A stretch of 56,128 nt of DNA from Spirochaetia bacterium (lineage in GTDB: Bacteria; Spirochaetota; Spirochaetia; B11-G9), in assembly GCA_027859095.1 (NCBI GenBank), contig JAQIBN010000085.1, positions 1 to 56,128 of the forward strand, read 5' to 3'. Each line of letters starts with the position of its first letter. The stretch's first letter is position 1. A model generated the notes under the pieces. It saw nothing but the letters and a program-made list of their open reading frames with translations. It was not told where the DNA came from and searched no databases. Position numbers and translations under genes: made by a program. This document shows, piece by piece, positions 26,744 through 35,846 of this stretch.

Positions 26744-28135
26744 ATGAAAATATTAAACATTCTTATACTTGATGATGATCCTACTCAACTGGAACTATTA
26801 AAGTTAATGTTTGAAAAAATAGAATATCCTCCATGTAATCCTGTTTTTACATCAAATGAAAAAGATTTTTTCTCAGAACTCTCCCAGGCTCCATATGATC
26901 TGGTTATTAGTGATTATTTTATGCCTGATATAACAGGAAGAGAAGTATTAGATAAGGTGAAAATTGAGAAACCCTGTTGCGAAGTAATAATACTAACTTC
27001 AGGAACTACTACCAAAGAAGCAATTGAGCTGATGAAGATGGGTGCCTACGATTTCTTACTTAAACCAATTAGTTTTGAAATTCTAAAGAATCGTTTGAAT
27101 AAAATATTTGAACTCAAAAATCTTATTCAGGAAAATGGAAGCCTTCTAGAACAGGTTAAGATTAAAGATGTAAGTTTTTCAAGTGATATTATTTTCAAAA
27201 GCCATAAAATGGAGGAAGTAATAAACATTGCAGCCCGGTCTGCCGGTACTGATTCAAATGTTCTTATAAGAGGTGAGAGCGGTACAGGGAAGGAACTTGT
27301 TGCCAGAGCCATACATTTCTCAAGTCCAAGAAAAGACAAACCTTTTATAACTATTAATATAGCTACTTTACCGGAAACACTTGTTGAAAGCGAATTGTTC
27401 GGCCATATTAAAGGATCATATACCGGAGCAGAATCCGAACGTATCGGACGATTTGAAGAAGCAAAAGATGGAACAATTTTTATAGATGAAGCCGGAGATA
27501 TTCCCCTTACAATTCAAATAAAGTTATTACGCTTAATTCAATTTGGAGAATTTCAAAAAGTAGGCTCCAATATTACTAATAAAGTAAGTGTCCGCATTAT
27601 TGCGGCTACAAGTAGAAATCTCGAAGAAATGATACAAACTGGAAGTTTCAGAGAAGATCTTTTTTACAGACTAAACGTAATTCCTATTAATATCCCACCA
27701 CTCAGAAAAAGAAAAGAGGATATTTCTCTGCTTATTAATTATTTTCTAAAAATAAAAAGTGAAAAACAAAACAAAGAAACTGCGCTTTTAACTGATGAAA
27801 CTAATGACCTTTTAATGAACTACTCATATCCTGGAAATATTAGGGAACTGGAAAATATTATTGAATATTCAATAGCAATTGCGAGGGGCAAGTATATTAC
27901 AAGTAAAGAACTACCTGCAATTTTACAAAGTGAAAAAAAATTCCAGGAAGATACTCTACAAATTAAAACTACTGATTATACTGCAAATATGGCTCTATTC
28001 GAAACAAACCTGGTGAATGAAGCCTTAAATACTGCAGAAGGAAATCAGAGTGCTGCAGCAAGATCTCTGGGCATTTCTGAGAGAAAGCTTCGATCACGAA
28101 TGGAAATTTTGGAGATTCAAAATACATTTCGCTAA
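26744..28135 (+). CDS. Sigma54-dependent NtrC/AtoC-family response regulator (REC-AAA+-HTH)
   Basis: LILDDD/ISDYFMP/KP receiver; GESGTGKE, ESELFGH.KGSYTGA, FIDE, REDLFYRL, GNIRELEN; Fis-type HTH. Confidence 0.9.
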   Translation: MKILNILILDDDPTQLELLKLMFEKIEYPPCNPVFTSNEKDFFSELSQAPYDLVISDYFMPDITGREVLDKVKIEKPCCEVIILTSGTTTKEAIELMKMGAYDFLLKPISFEILKNRLNKIFELKNLIQENGSLLEQVKIKDVSFSSDIIFKSHKMEEVINIAARSAGTDSNVLIRGESGTGKELVARAIHFSSPRKDKPFITINIATLPETLVESELFGHIKGSYTGAESERIGRFEEAKDGTIFIDEAGDIPLTIQIKLLRLIQFGEFQKVGSNITNKVSVRIIAATSRNLEEMIQTGSFREDLFYRLNVIPINIPPLRKRKEDISLLINYFLKIKSEKQNKETALLTDETNDLLMNYSYPGNIRELENIIEYSIAIARGKYITSKELPAILQSEKKFQEDTLQIKTTDYTANMALFETNLVNEALNTAEGNQSAAARSLGISERKLRSRMEILEIQNTFR

Positions 28136-28187
28136 AGAGATAACTACTAAAACTCACCCTACTTTAATTTCACCGGTTTAGGCAACT

Positions 28188-28309
28188 TCAAAGTAAAGAC
28201 TGCACAAGATGTTCTCCTGTACTCCACAGAACTATTAGAGTAATTGCGGCTCTCCTTGCTTCCAGAGCAAAAGCAAGACCAGCCATTCCAAGAAGGGAAA
28301 TAAAGAATG
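28188..28309 (-). pseudogene. Possible remnant of an MFS-type membrane protein gene
   Basis: Short frame reads FFISLLGMAGLAFALEARRAAITLIVLWSTGEHLVQSLL*; hydrophobic, with a 'WS.GEHL' segment recalled from MFS proteins. Confidence 0.3.
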
Positions 28310-30946
28310 CTATTTCAGCCAAAGCATACCATAAGGAGGCAGCTCCAAATCTATAGAACCCTGATCATTAATCAGAATTTTTGCTCCTGTAAATCCATTC
28401 ACAAAATGGGTATCCTTTTTTGAATTCAGCCAATTATTATCTGCTCCCTGTAAAGTTGAAAGATCAAGATTAAAAGTAACTGCTTTTTCAGAAATATTTC
28501 CAAGGATCAAAGAATGATCTCTTTTATGAAACGGATGATTTAGAAAAAGTGTATCTGTAAGAGCAATAAACTCAAAGTCTTCACTCCCCGGATAGAATGC
28601 ATTATCAGTACACCGAAGTTCAGTTATTTTATTGATCAATGGGAAAAATGCTTTTTGAAAAGGATCAACAGGATCTGATAATTTCATATTTGGTAAATAA
28701 TTTTTATGTCTGTTAAGATCCCGGGGTTTACCGGATATTTCAAATCCATGCTGATCATTCTTTATTCCCAATAAATCATTAAAATAAATTGCAGGAACAG
28801 ATTGCCCAATGGTCAGGACAAAGGCCTGAGCCAGTGCCAAACGTGAAGCTTCTAAAGAAGGATCAATTACTAATCCGGAGATATCATTTGACGTTAATGA
28901 ACTTCTGGTTGTTGCACAAAGCTCATATATAGTTTTACCGTCAATTATCCAATTCAGGAAATAATCAATTGAAGGATCAGCGATTAGAATTTTATAATTA
29001 AGACCGGATATCTCTGCTATTTTTTTCAAAAGATTATCCCTGTTCAACATATCTTTTTTCAGAATAAAAATATTATCGGTAGTCACTGAATCAGCTGTAA
29101 AGAGACCAAGCAATTCATCTTTATAATTAACAAGCCCTGATTCAATAATTATTTTATTAAATGTGTCTGCCGGAATTTCTCCAATTGGAACTGAACGAAA
29201 CTTTGCTCTACCTCCCTGTTTTTCAATTCTATTCTTTAGATTATAAAACTGCCCAATACTCACATGACCATCTGTTCTATGGACACCAAGGCCCTGAACA
29301 GATCGCCCATCATGAGTGGACAGCATCACAAAGGGAACAAAATTATCCGGAACTTTCTTTTTAAATAGTTCATAGTAATTTATTAAGGGCTGCAGTGTGC
29401 ACTCATTAAAGGCAGTAACTGTTGAATTGACAGGACCGAATACATAGGCAAATACTCCCCCTTTACTCATTTCATAAACTATCGCGTCTGGTGAGTTGAT
29501 CTCATCCAGAGGGAGAACTCCCGGGGAAGTTAAAGCCATAAGTTTTCTCATAAAATCTATAAACTTATTTCCTTCTTCCATATCAAAATTTTTCTTGCCC
29601 TTCTCCTTCCATAGATATTTTATAGCATCCATTCTCATCATTGATAATTTACCACTGGAAAGGAGATGGTAAAGGTCATCAATTATCATCTTAAAACCAT
29701 CTCTGGTCATGGGATTTATATCTGCCTGGGATTCACTGAAAGTTGTGTAAACAAAAAATTTCTCTCCAAAAACAGCATCATCATTCCTGTTAAATATTTC
29801 CATGTATTCAGAATTAATTCCTATAGCCTTAAGGAATTCACCCATAGATCCAATTTCATCGACCCATATAATTTTTTGATTTGCCTGAAGTTGTGAATCA
29901 TTGAATAGTAATTTATCATCTATTTTATTATCCCTGAGCCATTGCTGGAAAGCAGCAAAAGTTCTTTTATCCTCTGCTGTAAGCCCCTGGTCATTTTCCA
30001 CCTTAAAATATATAGATAGAAATCTGACAACCCGGTCGTCCAGAGCTTTTAATCCCTTATCTAAAAATAGGTTATTCATTTCAATTTCTTGTTTTGTATA
30101 TTTGCGCATTCCAGTATACAAAGGAAAAGGTCTTGGTCTAAAAGTTTTATAAAGAGAACCATCACTTTTCATAGCCACATATTCTTCTGGAGTTATAATT
30201 ATAAAAGCATCACCTGAGTTTTTACCCTCTTTATATGATTCAAGAATATCGCTATCTATATCTACATGATTAACTACATAATCAAGCATTACTGAATAGT
30301 TTTTTGTTAAATTCCTTATATCTTCCACAGTTCCAAAACGAGGATCGACCTTTGCCCGTGTGGCCTGGGAGAACCCCCCATCGTTGAAGTGAGAATTAAA
30401 TGCTTTATCCAGAACTTCCACTACTTCTTCCGGAAGGTTAGTTTTAAAACTTTCAGCATTATCCTGATATATTGAAGTAATATAACGATCTTTATCTAAT
30501 ACTTCTGATTTCTGCAAATTATGTACAAGTTCCAAAGCATTTTCCTTTGGCATAAAAGAGAAAAAATCCTGGGGCCAGACATCACCATGACTCATTATTC
30601 GCTCAGGTAATATGTGGATTCCATTTATATAAGGAAAATACTCTGAAAGTATAGTACCCAGGGTTTGAAGAGTTGGTGATTTATCATCATAAATATTATC
30701 AGGATAGGATATGGCAAAAATTTTCCCTTTCAGGTGTTCATATGGCTTAGATGAATTAAACGAGGCGTAATTAGAAATTTCATTTTTACTTAGTGATTCA
30801 AGGAAGCTACCAGCAGCTGTAATCAGGTAATTATAATTACCAAGTCCCTGCTCTCTTCCATAAAGATTAAGAAGTATATCCTTTATTTCATCCAGGGTTT
30901 TATCAATATACTCAGTAGTGTGAAATTTATTCAGAACCTCTTTCAT
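28310..30946 (-). CDS. GH13 sucrose/glucosylglycerate-phosphorylase-like enzyme with large insertions
   Basis: GIHILP, DGGFS, DYVVNH, TTFSESQADIN, RMDAIKYLWK, DEIN, STHDG, PAIYF..LLG, RDLNR; ATG 30946 after GGAGG. Confidence 0.75.
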   Translation of the reverse strand: MKEVLNKFHTTEYIDKTLDEIKDILLNLYGREQGLGNYNYLITAAGSFLESLSKNEISNYASFNSSKPYEHLKGKIFAISYPDNIYDDKSPTLQTLGTILSEYFPYINGIHILPERIMSHGDVWPQDFFSFMPKENALELVHNLQKSEVLDKDRYITSIYQDNAESFKTNLPEEVVEVLDKAFNSHFNDGGFSQATRAKVDPRFGTVEDIRNLTKNYSVMLDYVVNHVDIDSDILESYKEGKNSGDAFIIITPEEYVAMKSDGSLYKTFRPRPFPLYTGMRKYTKQEIEMNNLFLDKGLKALDDRVVRFLSIYFKVENDQGLTAEDKRTFAAFQQWLRDNKIDDKLLFNDSQLQANQKIIWVDEIGSMGEFLKAIGINSEYMEIFNRNDDAVFGEKFFVYTTFSESQADINPMTRDGFKMIIDDLYHLLSSGKLSMMRMDAIKYLWKEKGKKNFDMEEGNKFIDFMRKLMALTSPGVLPLDEINSPDAIVYEMSKGGVFAYVFGPVNSTVTAFNECTLQPLINYYELFKKKVPDNFVPFVMLSTHDGRSVQGLGVHRTDGHVSIGQFYNLKNRIEKQGGRAKFRSVPIGEIPADTFNKIIIESGLVNYKDELLGLFTADSVTTDNIFILKKDMLNRDNLLKKIAEISGLNYKILIADPSIDYFLNWIIDGKTIYELCATTRSSLTSNDISGLVIDPSLEASRLALAQAFVLTIGQSVPAIYFNDLLGIKNDQHGFEISGKPRDLNRHKNYLPNMKLSDPVDPFQKAFFPLINKITELRCTDNAFYPGSEDFEFIALTDTLFLNHPFHKRDHSLILGNISEKAVTFNLDLSTLQGADNNWLNSKKDTHFVNGFTGAKILINDQGSIDLELPPYGMLWLK

Positions 30947-31058
30947 TTCTCCCTCCAAAATATCGACATAAGCTATATGATCTAATTTAATAATTAATTA
31001 CAGATAGCTTTTCTTATTCTAATAGCATTAATAAATAATTACCAATATAATAATCATT

Positions 31059-32423
31059 ATGACACGAAAAATAAAAGCGAACCTTACAGAAGGTAATATT
31101 ACAAAACTTTTAATAAGACTTACCCTCCCTATGATGGCAGGGATGATAAGCATGATAATATTCAACCTGGTGGATACATTTTACATAGGACAACTGGGAA
31201 AAAATGAACTGGCTGCCATGAGCTTTACCTTCCCTGTAGTAATGATAGTTCAGAGCATTGCCCTGGGATTGGGAATGGGGACATCCTCTGTAGTCTCCAG
31301 AGCAATTGGAAAGGGAGATAGTTCTAAAGTAAGGCGTCTTTCAACAGATGCCCTGTTTCTTGCTGCAATAATTGTTGCTGTTGCTGCAATAACCGGGGAA
31401 TTAACCATAGAACCACTTTTTACACTTATGGGTGCGGATTCAGTTACTCTTCCTCTAATAAAAGAGTATATGCGTATATGGTATATAGGAGTAATTTTTG
31501 TAGTATTTCCAATGGTGGGAAATAATATTATCAGAGCTACAGGTGATATGAAAACACCTGCCCTACTAATGGCCTTTGCAGCAATTGCAAATATGATTTT
31601 GGACCCATTTCTTATATTTGGTATTGGACCATTTCCGGCTATGGGTCTTGCAGGTGGAGCCTTGGCAACTGTTATAGGAAGGGCCTTCACACTTATTTTT
31701 TCTTTGACTATTCTTATAAAGAGAGAGCTGATATCTATTAAAAAAATATCTCTGGGCGAATTATTTATTTCATGGAAACAAATTCTGTTTATTGGTATCC
31801 CCGCCGCACTTACAAATATTATAACTCCACTCACTATGGGTGTAATTACAAGAATGGTCTCCAGTTTTGGAACTGCTGCAGTTGCAGGGTTTGGAGTTGC
31901 CACACGTTTGGAAATGATTGTCCTTATGATAGTTCACTCTCTGGCATCAGTTATGGTCCCATTCACAGGTCAAAATTGGGGCAAAGGAAATATTGCAAGG
32001 GTCTCAGAAGCAGTAATAAAGGGATTTAAATTTTCACTTATATGGAGTGTTATAGCTTTTGGGGGCTTCATGTTTACTGGATCATTTATGGCTGGATTAT
32101 TTAATAAAGATCCTGTTGTTATAACTACAGTTGTCTCATATCTTAGAATTATAGCCCTCACATATGGTTTTCAGGGAATGCTGCTGTTAGCTTCCTCGGT
32201 TCTGAATGCCATGGGTAAACCATTCCATGCTATCCTGCTTTCCCTATTCAGATTGCTGGGTCTTTATATTCCACTGGCTCTTCTGGGTTCAAATATTTTT
32301 GGTCTTTCTGGAATATTTGCTGGCGGAGCTATTGCAAATTTTCTAACAGGGATTCTAGCGGCTGTGGTTATTATCAAGATGATAGGTAAATCATTAAAGC
32401 AAGAAACTATTGACCTCCAGTAA
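31059..32423 (+). CDS. MATE family efflux transporter
   Basis: NLVDTFYIGQLG...LAA, RATGD.KTP, NMILDPFLIFG, GLAGGALAT; about 12 TM helices. Confidence 0.9.
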   Translation: MTRKIKANLTEGNITKLLIRLTLPMMAGMISMIIFNLVDTFYIGQLGKNELAAMSFTFPVVMIVQSIALGLGMGTSSVVSRAIGKGDSSKVRRLSTDALFLAAIIVAVAAITGELTIEPLFTLMGADSVTLPLIKEYMRIWYIGVIFVVFPMVGNNIIRATGDMKTPALLMAFAAIANMILDPFLIFGIGPFPAMGLAGGALATVIGRAFTLIFSLTILIKRELISIKKISLGELFISWKQILFIGIPAALTNIITPLTMGVITRMVSSFGTAAVAGFGVATRLEMIVLMIVHSLASVMVPFTGQNWGKGNIARVSEAVIKGFKFSLIWSVIAFGGFMFTGSFMAGLFNKDPVVITTVVSYLRIIALTYGFQGMLLLASSVLNAMGKPFHAILLSLFRLLGLYIPLALLGSNIFGLSGIFAGGAIANFLTGILAAVVIIKMIGKSLKQETIDLQ

Positions 32424-32444
32424 AGTCTGGCATAAACTTTACTC

Positions 32445-34244
32445 ATGAAAAGAAACAAACTAACCCAAATTTTTATATTGATTTTTATTATGCTCCTGTC
32501 AGTTGGAGTCGAATTGTTATTTGCAAGGGCAGGAGGCGGTGGAAGCAGTTCCAGCAGCTCTGGTGGTGGAGATCTTGGGATAATCTATCTTATATTTTAT
32601 TTAATGAGAATTATTCCTTTCCCTTTTAATATTATAATTCTGGGAATAGTAATAGTTGTATATATATCTGCAAATAAAAAGCAAAAGAAAAATAAATCAG
32701 CATTTAAAGATTTTCCGATACAAAATCAGGGAGGCAATGCAGCTTCAGGAAATGTGAGCGGTTATTCTACTTTTCAAAAAGCAAATTCTAATTTTGATGA
32801 ATCTGAATTCCTTCATAAAGTTAATACTGCATTTATGGGTATCCAAAAAGCCTGGAGTGAAAAAAATATATCTAAAGCAAGAAGATTTATTTCAGATGGT
32901 GTTAATCAAAGATTTCTTACCCAGATAGAAATGATGGGTATTTTAAAACAAACTAATATTATAAGTGATATAGAAATAGATAATATATGGATAGATAAAA
33001 TAGAAAGTGATGGTGAGTTTGATATTATACATGCAGGAATCAGTGCATATGCAAATGATATTTTCAAATCAGAGTTATCCAAAAGCCTAAATACTGATGT
33101 TTCAGAAGATTTTATTGAATACTGGTCATTTATAAGAAAAAAAAGCAGCAAAAATAAAGATCTATATGGAACAGTTGAATGTCCAAACTGCAAGGCTCCA
33201 CTGGATGGAAAAAACTCAGATGTTGTAAAATGTACTTTCTGTGGAACACTCCTGAACAATGGAGACTACGATTGGATTCTATCTGAAATAACCCAGGCTA
33301 ATGATTATGCAGCCTCCCGCACCAGTAAACGTAAGCTTGATCATGTAGCATCGGAAATTGCAAAAAAAGCCTTTGAAGAAGAATCATCTATTCAGCTTAT
33401 AGAGGACAAAGCAAGTAATGCATACCTACAGATTATCTCTGCAGAAAGTACAAATTCCTATGACAGGGTTAAAAGATTTATCAGTGATGCATATTCCAAC
33501 AAACTAAGTTCTTTAAAAACTAATGAAACAACTGCATATAACAGATTATTTCTTAATGATGTGTCTTTAATAGGAGCAGGAAAAACTGATACAGATAATC
33601 TTCTATATATATCTATCCGATCCTCATTTCAACGCATAAAAATACTGGAAAAAAATCGTATATCCAAAATTGATCCCTTTGTTGTGTCCAAAACAGAAGT
33701 ACTTATTTTTAAGAAAGAAATTAATGGTGGTAAATCAAAAGGCTCTCTCTATGCCGGCTCATGTCCTGCTTGTGGTGGTGCTGTAGAAGACGAACTGGCA
33801 ACAAAATGTTCCTATTGCGGAACAGCCTACAACAGAGGGAGTAAAGACTGGGTTGTTAAAGATATTATCTCTATGGAAGAATATGCTGGTATTTCAAGTA
33901 AAGAAATGACCAATTCTGTAAAAGCAGCTGTTCTGGATGGTGTCTATGACATTAAAGATTATGCAATGAATAATATTATGATGATCATTGCAGCAGATGG
34001 GAAATTTGATAATAGAGAAAAACAACTTGCAGAGGCTTTAGCAAAGAAATTTGGTTATAAGTCTGCAATTTTAGATCCTCTCTTTAAACAGGCTGCATCC
34101 GGAAGATTATCTATTAAAATGCCGGAAGACAGAAAAAAGCGGGAGAAAATATACAGCCTAATGTTCAAAGCAGCAATGGCAGATAACGATCTGAGTGCTG
34201 AAGAAAGCAGGCTTCTGGATGAGGTTAAGAAGGTTTATTTGTAA
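32445..34244 (+). CDS. Membrane-anchored protein: two Tim44-like/Zn-ribbon modules plus C-terminal TerB-like domain
   Basis: Signal plus ARAGGGG linker, TM segment, 'FDESEF..KV..AF..IQKAWS', EYWSF.R, CPNC/CTFC and CPAC/CSYC, 'AADGKFD.RE' and 'ADNDLS.EE'. Confidence 0.65.
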   Translation: MKRNKLTQIFILIFIMLLSVGVELLFARAGGGGSSSSSSGGGDLGIIYLIFYLMRIIPFPFNIIILGIVIVVYISANKKQKKNKSAFKDFPIQNQGGNAASGNVSGYSTFQKANSNFDESEFLHKVNTAFMGIQKAWSEKNISKARRFISDGVNQRFLTQIEMMGILKQTNIISDIEIDNIWIDKIESDGEFDIIHAGISAYANDIFKSELSKSLNTDVSEDFIEYWSFIRKKSSKNKDLYGTVECPNCKAPLDGKNSDVVKCTFCGTLLNNGDYDWILSEITQANDYAASRTSKRKLDHVASEIAKKAFEEESSIQLIEDKASNAYLQIISAESTNSYDRVKRFISDAYSNKLSSLKTNETTAYNRLFLNDVSLIGAGKTDTDNLLYISIRSSFQRIKILEKNRISKIDPFVVSKTEVLIFKKEINGGKSKGSLYAGSCPACGGAVEDELATKCSYCGTAYNRGSKDWVVKDIISMEEYAGISSKEMTNSVKAAVLDGVYDIKDYAMNNIMMIIAADGKFDNREKQLAEALAKKFGYKSAILDPLFKQAASGRLSIKMPEDRKKREKIYSLMFKAAMADNDLSAEESRLLDEVKKVYL

Positions 34245-34292
34245 TATCAATTGAAACTATTTGAATTACTTACTATATTATAGGTATATAAA

Positions 34293-34319
34293 ATGTATGT
34301 TACTTGTAATGACATACAT
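34293..34319. promoter_or_regulatory. Putative toxin-antitoxin autoregulatory operator
   Basis: ATGTATGT-N11-ACATACAT inverted repeat downstream of TTGAAA-N17-TATATT (34251-34279). Confidence 0.5.
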
Positions 34320-34341
34320 CATATATTCCAGGAGTATAAAT

Positions 34342-34602
34342 ATGGCCAGAACTGCTACAATCCAGGCAAGAATTGATCCGGAAATTAAAAGCAAAGCACA
34401 GGATATTTGAAATAGGCTGCATATTTCAATGTCTGATGCAATTTCCATTTATTTAACTCAAGTAACTCTACAAAACGGAATTCCATTTGATTTAAAAATT
34501 CCAAATGAACTTACAACTGAAACTATAAAAAAATCCGAACGAGGTGAAGAACTTCATCATGTAAATACTGTAGATGCACTTTTGAAAGAGCTGGATAGTT
34601 GA
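34342..34602 (+). pseudogene. dinJ: RelB/DinJ antitoxin with in-frame stop
   Basis: MARTATIQARIDPEIKSKAQDI*NRLHISMSDAISIYLTQV...GIPFDLKIPNELT; TGA at 34408-34410; absent from the ORF track. Confidence 0.8.
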
Positions 34603-34709
34603 AAATAGTATATACAACACAATTTAAAAAAGATTACAAAAGAATTCATAAACAAAGTAAGGAAGTTAGTAAATTAAAAGTAGTTATTGAAAAAATAGAA
34701 ATATTCTGA
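34599..34709 (+). pseudogene. yafQ: YafQ/RelE-family toxin, truncated to 36 codons
   Basis: TTG start overlapping the antitoxin stop; MKIVYTTQFKKDYKRI...SKLKVVIEK resembles the YafQ N-terminus; catalytic C-terminal half missing. Confidence 0.7.
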
Positions 34710-34727
34710 ATAGCTCACCAGGGAAAA

Positions 34728-35555
34728 CTAAATTAAACTCTTTAGCTCTTCTCTATTTTTATTTAAAAATGATAATAGATAATATTGAATATCACCAAAA
34801 TAATCTTTCTGTAATTTTGCTGCTTCCGGAGTAATGTAACGAAAATGCCAGCACTCATATCTGTACCCAGTCAAATACTCATATCCATTAGGATACGATA
34901 GTGAAAAACCATACTCCCATGCGTTTTCAAGGAGCCACAGTCCTGGAGGTGTAAAAGCATATTCATCTGTTATAGATCCAAAATCAATAGCAGTTCCCAG
35001 TTGATGCTGACTGGTTCCCGGGCGGGCAGATTCCCGTTCCGCAGTTTCCAGGCCATTTTGCTCCACGTTCCATGTAAATAGTTTATCCTGATATTCGTAA
35101 GTTCTAAAAGTAGAGGAAATAAGTAAGTCAAGGCCTTCATTCCGGGCATCCACAACCATCCGAAGCAAATCCGGTATAAGTATTTCCCTTAAAGAATGAT
35201 TATTTCTGGACAAGCTTAGTTCGGGGTAATCAGTAAGCATAACTATATCATCCGGAGAGTAATCAGCTCCAAGAAAATTCTGTTTATCTGCCTGAAGAAA
35301 GGTATCCTCAGTTAATTCCAGAACAGGAGAAATCTGCAATATAAACCCGTCAATATCAGCAAGTATTACATTTCTCATTTCCTCAGGTAGATCCATAGTA
35401 ATATTTTCCAATATTTCCATATTTTTATCTCCAGGAAACTCTATTTTGGGTGGGGTTTTATCAATTATTTTTTTTCCTGCTTTACCACTGCATGATGTAG
35501 TAAGAATTAACAGAATAAAAAAAATAATAAGAAATTTTTTATAAATCAACACCAA
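34728..35555 (-). CDS. D-Ala-D-Ala carboxypeptidase (M15B/VanY-like) lipoprotein
   Basis: SSTFRTY..Q, SARPGTSQHQLGTAIDF, ECWHFRY; lipobox LTTS-C. Confidence 0.85.
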   Translation of the reverse strand: MVLIYKKFLIIFFILLILTTSCSGKAGKKIIDKTPPKIEFPGDKNMEILENITMDLPEEMRNVILADIDGFILQISPVLELTEDTFLQADKQNFLGADYSPDDIVMLTDYPELSLSRNNHSLREILIPDLLRMVVDARNEGLDLLISSTFRTYEYQDKLFTWNVEQNGLETAERESARPGTSQHQLGTAIDFGSITDEYAFTPPGLWLLENAWEYGFSLSYPNGYEYLTGYRYECWHFRYITPEAAKLQKDYFGDIQYYLLSFLNKNREELKSLI

Positions 35556-35757
35556 GAGCTCCTCTAACTAATATACCTATCCCAAAAGAAAATAATGAGA
35601 CCCCAAGACTAATAGAAATTATTTCTAAAAATCTTAAATCGATCCAACTTTAAATATATATTATATTCAGCTATTTCACGTTTTAAGGATGAAAGCATTA
35701 TATTTAATAATTTTGTTTCCATAAACGGGTCCTTTATTGGTATTATATACTATAAGG

Positions 35758-35834
35758 CTGGTCGCCAACAAGTTGACCTGGTCGGGACTTTGTCCCCTGG
35801 TCATAGACTTCGTCTATTGCTCGGGTATGCAACC
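35758..35834 (+). repeat. Array of three CTGGTC-hairpin units with a conserved 3' tail (unclassified element)
   Basis: CTGGTC at 35758, 35778 and 35797, each followed by a different hairpin; tail TGCTCGGGTATGCAACC matches 14651-14667 at 16/17 nt. Confidence 0.75.
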
Positions 35835-35846
35835 ACAGGAGATATT

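Noticed and set aside
31250-31903. Long antisense ORFs (this one, 13774-14361, 55544-56098, 18310-18723 and similar)
   Set aside because: They lie fully opposite well-supported genes and show no motifs or SD; codon-bias shadows.
34408-34410. Selenocysteine or stop-codon recoding of the in-frame TGA
   Set aside because: The position corresponds to a hydrophobic residue of DinJ, no SECIS-like stem was seen, the partner toxin is also broken, and TGA is a normal stop in other genes here.
34728-35555. Vancomycin resistance locus
   Set aside because: Lone M15B peptidase with no vanHAX or vanRS; housekeeping cell-wall enzyme.
35758-35834. Mini CRISPR array
   Set aside because: The repeat is only 6 bp, the 'spacers' are 13-15-bp self-complementary hairpins, and there are no cas genes.
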